In this document: positions 51,479 through 64,000 of the stretch, in pieces
Layout: every line of letters starts with the position of its first letter
Numbering within the stretch: the stretch's first letter is position 1
NCBI RefSeq assembly: GCF_009914755.1
Contig: NC_060926.1
Length of the DNA stretch: 64,000 nucleotides
Strand: one strand, 5' to 3'
Source: the human T2T-CHM13v2.0 reference genome, Homo sapiens
Program-made: the position numbers and the translations under genes
The notes under the pieces: model-generated
What the model was told of the DNA's origin: nothing
Seen by the model: the letters and a program-made list of their open reading frames with translations, nothing else
Database searches by the model: none

Positions 51479-54400
51479 GCCTAGGATAAAGCCAACCATT
51501 AAGACACAAGACTTCTGGATGCCATTCACTGCCTAGGGAGTTCACTGAGGGTACACAGAGCACCTGGGGAAAAGCATCTGAGTCCTTAGAGCCATGGCTT
51601 CTCCATTTCCTGCCCCTCAACTCAGCAGAACCCTAACAGGCCAGGGCAGCACAGACAATCATGCAATGTGGATTCACGCCAGCATCTCCACTGTGCCCAA
51701 ATATGTTTCAACTACAGGAATTTGGGGCATTTGCCATTTACATAAAAGATGTACTCCTGAAATAGGAACACACAAATTAAACATTAGTAGACATTTTAAG
51801 TACCCTTGGGAAGCTTTAAATTGTAATTTAAGATTTAAAGTATTTTGCCTAAAAAGCTCCAGAAAGAACACGGTTAGCAGGACAGAGCTGTGGACAGGAC
51901 TGCATGAGACCAGGGTGATAGATTCAGTTCTGCTTCTTATTAGCTCCATGGCATTAGAAATATTTCTCCTCAGTTTCCTCACCCTCAAAATTACCTCTCC
52001 ACCTTTATTAAAGGATTGTTGTAGAGATTGAAAGAGAGCATATATGCGAATCAATGCAGTTGAGTGAATGGACAGAAGAATGAGTGAAGTACTTTGAAAC
52101 CTGCGTAGGGCCACGCAAATGTTCCTAACCCTTTTCTAAGCTTTTTTTCGTTTTGTTATCGGCATGATTCATTTTTATATTGCCCAATGCTTAACCCACG
52201 TGCTGTCCAGTTATGTCACAGTATTGAAATCTATCACGCCTCTAGTGTGCCTCATTCGTTCCGGGTTTGTCTGAAGTCTACAAGGGGTTCATGTTCACCT
52301 GTCTATTGCTGTCAGGCGCGGTGCTCATGGCCTTTGTCTAGGTTTTTCAGGGCTGGGCTTCTCCAGCTCTGACATCAACAGCCCTGGGGACAGGACCCCT
52401 GTGAAGGGGGATATGGTTATCTGGATGGCATGGGAAGAGGAATGCCCAATTCTGGAGTTTTTCTTATTTTTCAAAAGCTTCATTTTTGTTGGCTTTTCAT
52501 ATGCTTATGCACCCAGACCTTTCCATGTGGGATTCGGAACGGCTGACAATCATGTCATTTCTCCCGACAGGTTGGGAGAAAAAAAGTGGTGGCTTCATCA
52601 GCCATTTGTTCCCTGTAATGCTCAGAAGCAGCAGAATGAAAAAATCTGAATTTCCATAGTTATTTCCGGAACTAAACTGATTAAAATCATTTCCTAGGTA
52701 GGTCGGCATCTTCCCTTTCACAGTTTTCAGAAGAAAAGGCAAAGAGAAAGTCATTGTGGCAATGGCATTAAATCTGCTTGGGTGACTCAGAATGTATGTT
52801 GGCACGGCAACATGTCATGGGGCGAGCGGCAAACATGTCCTGTCGGTGGCGGTGGCGTGTCTGAAAGGGCCTTGGGCTCCACCGTGCCATGCTGGATTTG
52901 CTTCCTTTTAGCCTTTCACATGAAAGTGTTTGAAGCTAATCTTTTCATTCCTTTACGCGGGGCTCGTCAATAGGACGAACGCATTAAAGGTTTCCCCACC
53001 GTTGCGTTTCTCAGGGCCGTTGTTAAAAGTGTGAATTGTGTTTCGTGCCACACTGTAATGAGAATTTTAATTTCATGCGCAGCCCAAAGTGTAAATGAAA
53101 AATCGTCCGTTGCCCAGCTATGCAGACGGTGAATGTCTTTCCCTGCGACATATTCCACACTCGTTCTTGTTAATTTATTCATCCATCCACACGTTTGTTC
53201 GTTCACTCACTGATGGACAAGCTTTAGTGCGCGACCACTGTGTGCCCTGCTCTGTGCTTGTCTTAAAAATGTCACAGATGGCCGAGGGTGATTTTTTTTC
53301 CTGTTAAAATGCTCCCAGCCTGGAAGGGGAGAGGGGGAATGAGACGTAGAGAAATCATTAAGGGGCAACATGGTGAGAAGGATTCTGGAAGGATCCTTTA
53401 GATTGGGGGAATTGGGAAGGCTTAAAAAGGAGTCCTCCTATCCTGGCCCAACGATGGCCAGAACCTCGGAGGGCAAGCCCCGGGGATGAGGTATGGGGAT
53501 GGCAGGCCTCAGTTCCTGGGATGCCATCACTTTTGGGGGTAGACACTTCAAGGAAAAGCGGAGGTGTCTGAGAGGTGTTCAGAAGTTGACAAACACTGAT
53601 GTTGTCATCATTGTGCGGTAAGAGCTATTGATGGCAGGAATCAAAGGTCATCATGGCCACTACCAGTGAGGACAGAAAAAGAGGCTTGGAGCCAGGAAGT
53701 CGGGAAAGTGGACAGAGAGGCCTCTGGGCTCTGCAGGTCAATGGCTGTAGCCTCCTTCTGGCTTTGCTGTGCAGCCAGGGACCTTGTCTTCCCCGCTCGG
53801 ACAATCAAACAAGCAGCTCGGAGTTCATGACTATCTGGGAATCCTGCTTAGCCAAAAACGACATCTGTCAGATGGGTTTCCCTTTTTCCCTGGAGGTTTT
53901 CGAAAGCTCTGGTTGTTCTTGAGGATCGCTTGACCCCAGGCAGACCCTTGAGCCACACCCTTGCTGCAGGCGGTGCTCATAGAGTATGCGATGCTTGGTG
54001 GGAGACCCTCTGGAGCACTGTTCATGAGCACAAGCCTGGGCTGAGACCCAGACACCAATGGCAGCAAGCAGTTTTCACCCCCGCACCCAAGGCGGGGCCT
54101 CTTGAGACAATCACAGGATTAGTATAAATAGAACTTGTGGGGAAGCAAAATTTTAATTCTATCATGGCTCTCAGCTCTTCCCTGCTGTAGAAGGTACCAC
54201 TGGACGTGTGTTTCCAGAAGGAAGGGGCAACTCTCTGTAAGCCTGAGCTCCTCTCCTCATCCCTGCCTGGTGGCACACACCGCAGTGGCCTATGCTGGTC
54301 TCCGTGGCGGTTCAGAGGAGGCGGAGACTACATTTTCATACTGGGTTCACGGTCTCACCTGGCCAGCCCTGACCCAGTGTCTCCATCGCTCACAGTCTCA

Positions 54401-54906
54401 CCTGGTCAGCAAGACCCAGTGTCTTCGTCATATTGCACCCTCCCCTACACCAAATTTTTTTAAGCCAAGGAATTAGGGTCATCTCTACATGCAAAACCCA
54501 ATCTGGGCACGGGCAGAGGTGCCTGGTGCCCACGGCTCTCTATCCCCTGCCCTCTACCCGGCCCTTCCCCACAAGGCCCGTGCACTGAGTTACTGAAAAC
54601 TTGACCTGCACCCCTCAAGCTGTTGCCCTTGGGTACTGGGACCCCTCAACATAAGGAGGGCTGGACATGCCTTGGAGTCCCACAGTCAGTGCCTGGCAGT
54701 ATGGCTGTGTAAGAGCCCAGCTCCTGTGCCACAAGGCAGGACCAGCTTCAGGGTGTGTGTTATGCTTTGAGTCTCCCCTTGATCACACCTTCCATTGGAT
54801 TTTTCCCCTCCCCTCTCCTGCCTCACCCACTCCCTGACTGGGGTACTTGCTCCCAAATCCTCAGCTTAGGGCCAAAGGAGGCCCCAGGAGAACAGAGCTC
54901 AGATGA

Positions 54907-55281
54907 TGTATCAGTCAGCTCAGCTGCTGCAACAAGACATCACGGACTGGGAGGCCTAAACACCAGAAATCTCTCAGAGTTCCTGAGGCTGGGAAGTCCA
55001 AGGTCAAGGTGCCCCCGAGGGAGGTTTCATTCTGAGGCCTCCTGTCTTGGCTTTGAGGTGGCCGCCATCTCACTGTGTACACACATGGCCTCTCTGTGCA
55101 GGGAGAGATAGAATGAGCTCTCTGGTGTCTCTCCTAAGAGGACAAAAATCCTATTGGTTCAGGGCCCCATCCTTATGCCCTCAGTTAAGCTTAATTAATT
55201 CCGTAGAGGCCCTACTTCAAATATAGCCACACTGGGGGTGAGGGCTTCAAAATATGAATTTTGGGGGGACACAAGCCTAAC
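54907..55281 (-). mobile_element. MLT1A-like LTR
   Basis: gaggctgggaagtccaaggtcaaggtgcc...tatgaattttggggggacaca. Confidence 0.8.
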
Positions 55282-55600
55282 AGAGACAAAGTAATGAATG
55301 AAATAGGAGCAATTACTGAGCACTTGCTGTGTGCCTAGCCCCTCATGTACAGCCTAAAATTCAACCCAGAGACAGAAAGAGCCATTGTGTGCCGCCACAA
55401 CCCATCCCAGCCAGGTAGGCAGTGCTAGTGCAAAGGACGAGGCCATTCATTTCAGAAAGAAGGGAAGCAGGAGTGGGGGTGAGGGGCCGCAGGGCACTGG
55501 CCTGTGAGCTGGAGTCTGAACGCCACTGGTCAGGGCTAAAGCCTGTGCCCAGGCATGCTGCCTGCTGCCTCCTGCCTCCTGCTCAGACAGTGTGAGGACT

Positions 55601-56035
55601 CTATTAGCTTCCTAAAGCCGCCGTGACCAATTGCCACAAACTGGTTGGATTACAACCACCGAGATTCATGCTGTCACACTTCTGGGGGCCAGAAGTCAAG
55701 GTGTGTTCAGGGTTGGTTCTTCTGGAGGGTCTGCGGGGTGGTGGTGGGTTCCTTGCCTCCTCCAGCTTCTGGTGTGGCCGGCAAGCCTGGGTTGGAAGAT
55801 GCATCACTCCCGTCTCTGCCTCTGTCTTCACTCAGCCTCCTCCTCTGTCTCATTTTGCCTCCCCTTCTCATCTAAGAGCACTTGTCATTGGATTTAGGGC
55901 CCATCCTAATTCCAGGATAGTCTCATCTCGAGATATTTGAGTTAATTACATCTGCAAAGAGTCTTTCCAGTGAAGGCCCCATCCACAGGTTCCAGGGGAC
56001 ATATTGTTTTGGGGGACACTATTCAACCCACTCCA
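55601..56035 (-). mobile_element. MLT1C-like LTR
   Basis: cacaaactggttggattacaac...ggatttagggccc...ggggacactattcaacccact. Confidence 0.78.
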
Positions 56036-56068
56036 GGGACATTTCTGTCCACTAACAGGTGGACACAT

Positions 56069-56319
56069 AGGTGTGGGCACTGTCAGACCTACACACAGGT
56101 GTGTGCACTGTCAGCCCTACATATAGGAGTGCACGCTGTTAACCCTATATGTAGGTGTGAGCACTGTCAGAACTACACACAGATGTGTGCACTGTCAGCC
56201 CTACTCTACACACAGGTGTACACACTGTTAGCCCTACACACAGATGTGCACACTGTCAGCCCTACACATAGGCATGTGCGCTGTTAGCCCTACACACAGG
56301 TATGCACACTGTCAGCCCT
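56069..56319. repeat. Degenerate 28-bp minisatellite, ~9 copies (AGGTGTGTGCACTGTCAGCCCTACACAC)
   Basis: Unit starts at 56069, 56097, 56125, 56153, 56181, 56214, 56242, 56270 and 56298. Confidence 0.88.
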
Positions 56320-57759
56320 GCCTCCTTCCACGCAGGGCCTTGCTTCACGCTGGGCCACCCAAGCTTTCCCTCTTCCTCTCTTTTCCTGTTTCCTTCTTCT
56401 GTTTTCTGTGTTTCACATTAGGGCTTTTCTCAAATAGCTACTGATCTTTGGCGATGGAGTCACATTTTACGATGAGGACTAGAAGCCCGGCTGGAAGCTC
56501 TGTGCTGAGCTGGGCTTGGTGACCAGTGAATTTCACTGAGGTCTCCAGATGTCCCCCTGTGGTCTCCCTGGATGTTAGTGGTTGAGGGGCCTTCTTCTCG
56601 GGCTGGCCTATTTTTCCGGAGAAAAATTGTTCAATGTCCCTGGAAGTATCAACCTGAGAAGGGGCCTGGGAGGGGCATGGAGGAGCCGCAGCATCCAGCG
56701 TGTATCCTTCACATAGTTGCCCTATTTTTAGGCTTTGCCGTGTGCCCCCCATCGCCGGTGCCTGGTGTCCCGAAGCCCAGAGCCTCCGGTCTGCTTTCCT
56801 CATGGGGTGAACTTAGGTCTTCTGCCCAGGCAGGTGGGGCGAGCTTCTGACTGTTTGAAGTGAGGATGAGATATAGGGTCTTATATCCGACCAGGGTTTT
56901 TGAGATCATAATGCTTTTAATCTCACCCAGTGGGGTGTTGGTAGGTGTTTACATCTTGGGTTTCGTGGCACAAATAGGTTTGTTTCTTGCTGGTTTCTCC
57001 CTCTCTGGCCTTCTTTCATTATGGTTTTGGAAGATGACAGAAAGCAAAAGGTGAGAGGAAAAGGCAAATACACACACACACGTCTCTGTACGTGTTGTTT
57101 CTAGTTGTTGATTGTTATTTTCTCTGCTGCCACGATCATGAGGTTTTGGAAAAGAAAGCCAGTTATTTGCTGTTATGGGTCATATTCTGAGTATGAAACT
57201 TTCCTTGTTCAAATGGGCATCTCCTGAGTGGACCCCGACTGAGGGGTGATGGGAGATAAGCAATGCAGTCGGTCTGTGTTTACCAGGAAGCTGGAGCAAT
57301 TTCCTTATGGGTTCACCTTCTCCACGCAGGCCAGTCCTCCCTGTCATTGACCACCGGGGCTGCCGCCTTCATCCTGTCTCTCTCGTGTCTCCTCGTCAGT
57401 TTGTCTCTGACCTCGTCTTGTCCATCCAAGTCACCCTTCACACGAAGGCTGGAGTAGTTCTCCCGAAAGTGCAGCACTGATGGCTTCAGTGTGCCCCTGC
57501 CCTACCAGCCGGCACAAGGTCAACACTCCTCTCATGCTTTGTCGGCTTTGTGAAGCGAGCTGTTAAGCCTCAGTCAACACCCCAGAGTGTGGCCAGTAGT
57601 GCACACGTGACATCATTAAACATAAAGATCATGTTTCTGACCCACAGTGGCGAAAGCGAGAAAGGATAAGGAAGCACTTCCTTTAGCAATAACAACTACG
57701 GAATGGCAAAAATGACCCAGCCTCCAGAGAGGACAGCTTGACATTTTGGGTGATTTTAT

Positions 57760-58900
57760 GGGTGTATATGTGTGTGTGTGGTGTGTTGTATGTTGTGTTG
57801 CATGTGGAGTGTGTATATGTGCGTGTGTGTGTTGTGTTGTGTGTACGTGGTGTGTTGTGTGTGGGGTGTATGTATATGTGTGTGTATGGGGTGTGAGTCC
57901 ATAGTGTGTGTATTTTGTGTTGTGTGTGTGGTGTGTGTATAGGTGTGTGAATCGGGTGTCTGTCTATAGTGTGTGTGTTGTGCTGTGTGTGGGGTGTGTG
58001 CATATGAGCGTATGTGTATATATGTGTGTATGGAGTGTGTGTATTGTGTGTGGCATGTATATGTGTGTGTGTGTGCAGTGTGTTGTGATGAGCATATGTA
58101 TTTTGCGTATGTGGTGTGTATATGTGTGTTGTGTGTGTGCAGTATGTTGTGATGGGTGTGTGTATTGTGTGTGGTGTGTAGATATATGTGTGTGTGTATA
58201 GTGTGTTGTGGTGGGTGTGTGTTTTGTGTTGTGTGTGTGGTGTGTATATGTGTGTATGCAGCCTGCTGTGTTGGGTGTGTGTATTGTGTGTGTAGTGTGT
58301 ATATGTGTGTGTGTGCAGTGTGTTGTGGGTGTGTGTATTGTGTTGTGTGTGTGGTCTGCATATATATGTGTGTGTACAGTGTGTTGTGTGCGGGTGTGTG
58401 CATTGTGTTGTGTGTGTTGTGTATATGTGTGTGCAGTGTGTTGTGTGTGGGTGTGTGTATTGTGTGTGTGATGTGTATATGTATGTGTGTATGTGCAGTG
58501 TGTTGTGGTGGGTGTGTGTATTGTGTGGTGTGTATGTGTGTGTAGTGTGTTGTGTGTGGGTGTATTGTGTGTGCAGAGTGTATATGTATGTGTGTGTGTG
58601 CAGTGTGTTGTGGTGGGTGTATGTATTGTGTTTGTGTTATTTATGTGTGTGTGTATTGTGTTGTGTGTATATGTATGTGTGTGTGCAGTGTGGTGTGGTG
58701 GGTGTGTGTATTGTGTGTGGTGTGTATGTGTGTGCAGTGTGTTGTGTAGAGGTGTGTGTATTGTGTGTGTGGTGTGTATATGTATGTGTGTGCAGTGTGT
58801 TGTGTAGGGGTGTGTGTATTGTGTGTGTGGTGTGTATATGTATGTGTGTGCTTAGCATGTTTGTGTGTGTGTGTGTTTGCATGTGCATGTGCACACACGT
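57760..58900. repeat. ~1.1-kb complex GT-rich simple repeat
   Basis: Almost all TG dinucleotides, with recurring gcagtgtgttgtg and gtattgtgt landmarks. Confidence 0.95.
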
Positions 58901-59045
58901 GTCAAGTGGTTGGCACTCAACGTTTTGGAGGTAGCACACTGTTGAGTTGCAAGGCTAACTGCTACACTTTTGCCAGTGATGTGTGGAGTGCTGCTGTGTC
59001 CTGATGTCCTGGCTCTGACGCTGAAAGCGGGCACAGCATCTCTGA

Positions 59046-59286
59046 TGCGATCTCGGCTCACTGCAAACTCCGTATCCCGGGTTCAAGTGATTCTCCTCCC
59101 TCAGCCTCCTGAGTAGCGGGGATTACAAGTGCATGCCACCATGCTCGACTAATTTTTGTAATTTTAGTAGAGACGGGATTTTGCCATGTTGACCACGGTG
59201 GTCTTGAACTCCCGACCTCAGGTAATCCACCTGGCTTGGCCTCCCAAAGTGCTGGGATTACAGGCATGAGCCACCACACCCGGACC
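59046..59286 (-). mobile_element. AluS lacking its 3' end and poly(A) tail
   Basis: Begins abruptly at tgcgatctcggctcactgc; no T-tail or TSD. Confidence 0.9.
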
Positions 59287-59297
59287 AGTAACAGGTG

Positions 59298-59734
59298 TTT
59301 AAAATTGCTTTTCAGGAACTAGGGGGCAGCTCTTGTCCAGTTCAAGCCATTTGAACCCACCAGCCCACCTGCGGGGGTGCTGGAAGAGTGACCTTTTGAT
59401 ATCAGAGGGCCAAGAACTCCACCCTCTGATTATGGGCCTGTGGCCATTTTCTGCACATCTCATGTGAAGAGCCACGTGGCTCATTTCCACTTGTGCAGAT
59501 GCCCAAATTACCTCACTTTTCCTACCTGCCAGCCACCTTTCCCCACACTTTAGACCACCTGCTTTCTATCCTGTAAATATCCCTAAGCTCTATTTTCCTG
59601 GAGGCAGATTTGAGATTTGTTCTCCCATCTCCTCGCATGGTAGCCTTGTGAATAAAATCTTTTCTCTTTTGCAAAACCCATCACCAGAGTGATTGGCCTG
59701 CTGTGCACAGGCATAACACACCTAGCCAGTAACA
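59298..59734 (+). mobile_element. ERV1-type LTR 3' portion
   Basis: taaatatccctaagc...gaggcagatttgaga...gtgaataaaatc...gtgattggc...cagtaaca terminus. Confidence 0.65.
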
Positions 59735-61389
59735 GGTGCAGGTCAACGTTATTTTATAGAGAAAAAACAGATGCAGCACGGGCAGGTGACTTGCTTGCAG
59801 TCTGCAGGGGATAGTGTTAGGATTGTTCTTGGGGTAAGGGGTTTCCGCTGAGTTAAACTTCTAGCAGTACTCCCTGAGAAAGAGTGCTTTGTAGACAAAT
59901 ATGTGTAAGAAATGCTGCATTGCATTGTGGGAAATTCCCAATGCATCCTGGGCACATCTCAACCTCTGAGGAGTCCTGGAATAAAGCCTTTCAGCGTCCT
60001 TGACCATGGAGCCCTTTCATTGTAGAACATTCCAACTGGCCCGCAGAGCTCGTTTAGCCTGTTGTGCTAATATTGAACATGGCAGGGTCTCCAAGGCAGC
60101 AAGGAGACCCAACTGAGAAGGTTTTGAAACAAAAGAGATCCCTCAGGGTCTACCCGTGGAGCGTTTGGTGTAGGAGCTCTGGGGTAGGCCCCACAATGCG
60201 TGCTCTTTAAAATTTTCCAGGTGACTCTGATTATCATTCAGGTTAGAATGAGGACTCAGGTTCCACAGAGTCTAAGAGTTGAGTTTGGTTTTTCTTAAGT
60301 CTGAGCTTCCCAGAGGCAAACCAAATAGAGAGGTCAGTAATGGTGCAAATCCATCTTAGGCCTACCCTGTGGGTGAACATCTTGGGAAACATGATCTTAA
60401 GAGAGACCCTGATGGAGCATGCCTTTCAAGGGTTGTAAGAGATGGCTGTAGGGAAAGTCGCATGACGACAGTGCCTTGCATTGAGTGCAACGGAAAACAT
60501 TTGCTCCAGAGGCACCTACCTGTACTGTTAAATAAGTAAGTCTTTTGTGGGGGGAGAGGGGGAGGATATGGTTTCTTCTGTGAATGTGTATTTATCCCTG
60601 GCTTGGGTGGCATCCAGGCAAATTATTATAATGCATGTCCACCCATCCCAAAAAATGTGTTCAACATAACATGGAAAAATTAAGTCATAGGAGACATATG
60701 AGATGTGTGTGAACCAATTTAAAACCACTCTAGGAAGAGCCTGAGGTTATGGATTACAACTGATCCGCAAGGTACCTTTTTGTAATGGAGAGGCAATTAG
60801 GCCTGTACAACTGGCTCCACTAAGGAGAGCCAGAGCAGGAGGAAATTCCGTGTGAACTGTGGAGCTCAGCTGCCTCCAATCTCATGTGATGACGCCATTA
60901 TGTAGGACAGAGGGACCTGCAAAAAATGAAGATGTCCAACACTTGTGGAGCCTCATTACAATGAGTGGCTGTCAACAGCTTCTTAGAAAGACGGTTCCTA
61001 ACAAACACCCTGGAGAGGCAGACCCTGCCGTAAATGCCCAGGAGGTGAGCCAGGTTGGCATCCTAAGGTCTTAGGAATCTTGCAGCGGTTAAGCTTGGCT
61101 ACAGAAAAGAATCTGAAAATCAGTTGAATAAGTTACCTTTAAGTAACCATATCTCATCTTCAAGTTAAGTTACAAGGTTGTTAAAAGGTCTCAAAATCTT
61201 TCTTAGTTCACTGAGCATTTCCTTGTATGGAAGACTCAGGAGTTTCCTAAGAATGCTTTGCATATGTGCATTATTTTTTACCTGCCCACTCCACTACCAA
61301 GGTACCTGCAGGAGGCAGAGAGAAAGGGCTGGTCTTGGAGGTCTTAAGATAAACAAATAACGTGCAAAAAGATGGTAAAGAAATTGAGT

Positions 61390-61610
61390 TTTGGGTTCAA
61401 GTCCACCTGGGTTTTAGTTCTGACTCCCCCTCTGTGTGAGTTTGAAAAAGTTATTTTAATACCTCGGAGCTTTGGTTTCCACATCTAAAATAATTTGGGG
61501 ATAGTCGCGTATCTTCTTCACGGGCTGGCTTTGAGGATTAAATCAGATAGCGTGGGTAAAGCGTATGGCATAGTGCCTGGTAACCTTGTGCACTCAAGGT
61601 AGGGTAATTC
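61390..61610 (+). mobile_element. MIR fragment
   Basis: cctgggttttagttctgactc...ggtttccacatctaaaa...tgaggattaaatcagatag...gcatagtgcctgg. Confidence 0.65.
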
Positions 61611-64000
61611 TTACCAGCAGATGCTTAGAAGTTATTTGTCTCTCTGGGCTCTGTAGCACTTTGACTTGCCTTCTTTTACCACACCTCTCTCCAACTAGAG
61701 TGAGCCTGAACTGGGAACCAGATTGTCCCTGTACACCCAGTTTTCAGCAGCTCGCCGACTCTTTGCCAAGTACTCAAGGCATAGTTGTTGAATGAATCAA
61801 TGAATGAATGAGCAAAAGTCAGAGCTTCTAAGCCCTAAGCTCTTTGCGTTGCCTTGTGCTGCCTTTAGAGTTAATGCAGTGATAACAAACACTGTGAAAG
61901 CTGGAACATGATCGATTTAAACTGATTAAACAATTGTCTCACACTCCATCGTCAATAGATACATTCCAAAATTATTACAGAGAGAGAGCTAGAGTCCACC
62001 AACCCTCATCTTATCAGGAGACATCCTTGGAATCGGTCCTCTCACGATGTCAGATCATTTCCTGCTCAGTGCCCTGAAAACTGAGCTAGCGAATAGTATA
62101 TGGATTTTCTTTTCTTTTTTCTGTGAAAGAAAAATAATTATCTCTATGGGCTTTTACTTATAAAGTAGTATCAGACCACAAAGTGAAAAGAAAAAAAAAT
62201 GAAAAGGTGACTATGTTCTTGGTACAAAAGCAGGCGCTCCTGGCAGTCTTGGCTTGAGCTCTGGGTATTTTGAAGCTCCAGGAATGCCACCAGACTGGCC
62301 CACTGGACACAGCTGATTGGAAGTCCCTTATGTGGACCTCGGACTGGCTGGTTTTGAAGTCACTGCCACCATCCGGGGTGACTCCAGATAAAGAAATTCG
62401 CCTATGCAGACTCCACATCAGGAAACCAGTGGATATTCTGAGACAGTCAGCCCAGCTGCCAAGAGTAAAACATAGCCCTGCCAGAACTCCAAATCCAATT
62501 TACAAAAGAATTTTCTTCTTTCTTCCCCCTTTTTCAAGTTATAGTTTGGGCATCAGTCATTGAGTTGTTGGTTTCAAGAGCAGATACACCTGATGAAATA
62601 TAGATTTGTTTTACAGAATTCTCCAAAGCCTGAAGTCATCCAAAGGCCAAATAAGATTGCATGCCAGGAGTGATATCTGAAAGTAGAAAATAGAACCTTT
62701 GGTGTTCCAGTCAAAATGAAGGGAAGATGAGAAGGTAGGTTTAACATCAAGCAAATTACACCAGCTTTTCAACTTTGAGGCTCACTTTTCCCCTCCTTTC
62801 TTTCTGATAGCTAGATTTGGTCTTAAAAGATTACCATAAGATTGTTAAACTGACAATTCATTATTTTTTCCTGACAGTGCATAAAAATAGTATGGATTGC
62901 CTTATGGGTAGAAAGTTGTTCTTAGAAGCTGGATCCCTGGGATAAAGACAGTCTTCTAGAAAGGCTGGAAAAACCAAACCATGTGGCTCGTTTTTGGTGT
63001 TAAATCCTGAAATATCTGAAATGAGGTACTGTTTTTAGGAGAGGCCAGAGGGACTTTGTGAAGATCCTTTACTGGGGAGGCCAAGCTTCCTGCTGTAGTT
63101 GTAATCTCAAAGCATTGCTTTGCTGTAAAAGACGGTCATTTCTGTAATAAGTTCTTCTCTTATATTTAGCGCCTACTTTCAGTCACTTGATCTAGCTAAT
63201 GCCTATCTATTTGCATACTCAGCAGTGTTTTGTTAGGTTCTCTATGGTTAGTGTCTCATTGCATCATATTCCAGGAAAAGTGCTCCTTGAGGAGGTACCT
63301 TCAGTACCCCTGTATCTCCAGGTTCTAGCACAGGGCCTATCCCTTTCAACACAGTAGGATTAACAGAGGCTCTTGCACCTAATAAGCAATTGAATGGATG
63401 CAGGGAGATGATGGCTGTTTTTGTTAACCCCTCCCTTAGTTAGGAAACATACAGACAGAGGGGACCCATTTGGGTTTTAATTCAGTTCCAAGAAACTGCC
63501 CAGCCTGAGAAGATAAGGACCACTGGGGTCCGTTCTGGCTTTGAGCTACCGATGAAGTGTGTGTCATTCCATTTTGGGAACTGTTTCTCGGATGTCCCTG
63601 GCTGCGGGGTGAACCCCTGGACCCATCCTCAGTGGATCCCACCATCTTGGATCTGCACTGCCAGGATCTTGCTAAGCCCAGACTCTCATTCTGGACTTCC
63701 CTGGAATGGACTTCCCAGGGTACAGACTGGTTTTGGAAGCAAGGACTGCCGGCCCCAGGAAGCTGGCTCCTCTGCCTGCCAACTGCAGCCTGCTTCTCTC
63801 TCTGGCACATTCTGGTGCAGAGATGGTGACAGGGTTTGGGAACCAGACATACCTAGATTAAAATTCTTGCTCTGCACAAGTGACTCGGCTTCTCAGACAG
63901 AGACTTGATTCTCTCTGCTAGAACGTGGACCCCATACAAGTATCTGTCTCCAAGGGTGCTCTGCAAATTCATGGAGATGGTCCTATAAACCCCTTCTACA

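Noticed and set aside
57683-59061. Many overlapping ORFs up to 215 aa
   Set aside because: Low-complexity (TG)n sequence with few stop codons.

Overview
Mammalian genomic DNA of primate type (Alu, THE1 and MER51 elements are present); the protein matches my recollection of human ACKR3. The window holds one protein-coding gene, ACKR3 (CXCR7/RDC1), on the + strand. It has a TATA-led non-coding exon 1 (~34357-34456), a 10.5-kb intron, and an intronless 362-codon 7TM CDS (44992-46080) with an AU-rich 3'UTR. A CpG island at ~32.0-33.3 kb may host a second promoter. The rest is repeat-rich intergenic DNA (Alu, L1, L2, MIR, MaLR/ERV LTRs, hAT MITEs, minisatellites); family names were assigned by eye from remembered consensus sequences. 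I found no new gene system. The structures least explained by ordinary annotation are an 84-bp inverted repeat enclosing a MITE (6370-6872) and a cluster of short, near-perfect local copies just downstream of ACKR3: a 30-bp exact copy of the CDS, a 50-bp copy inside a THE1 LTR, and a 13-bp junction repeat. Also notable are a twin-primed inverted L1 and a strong CTCF motif next to the TATA box.
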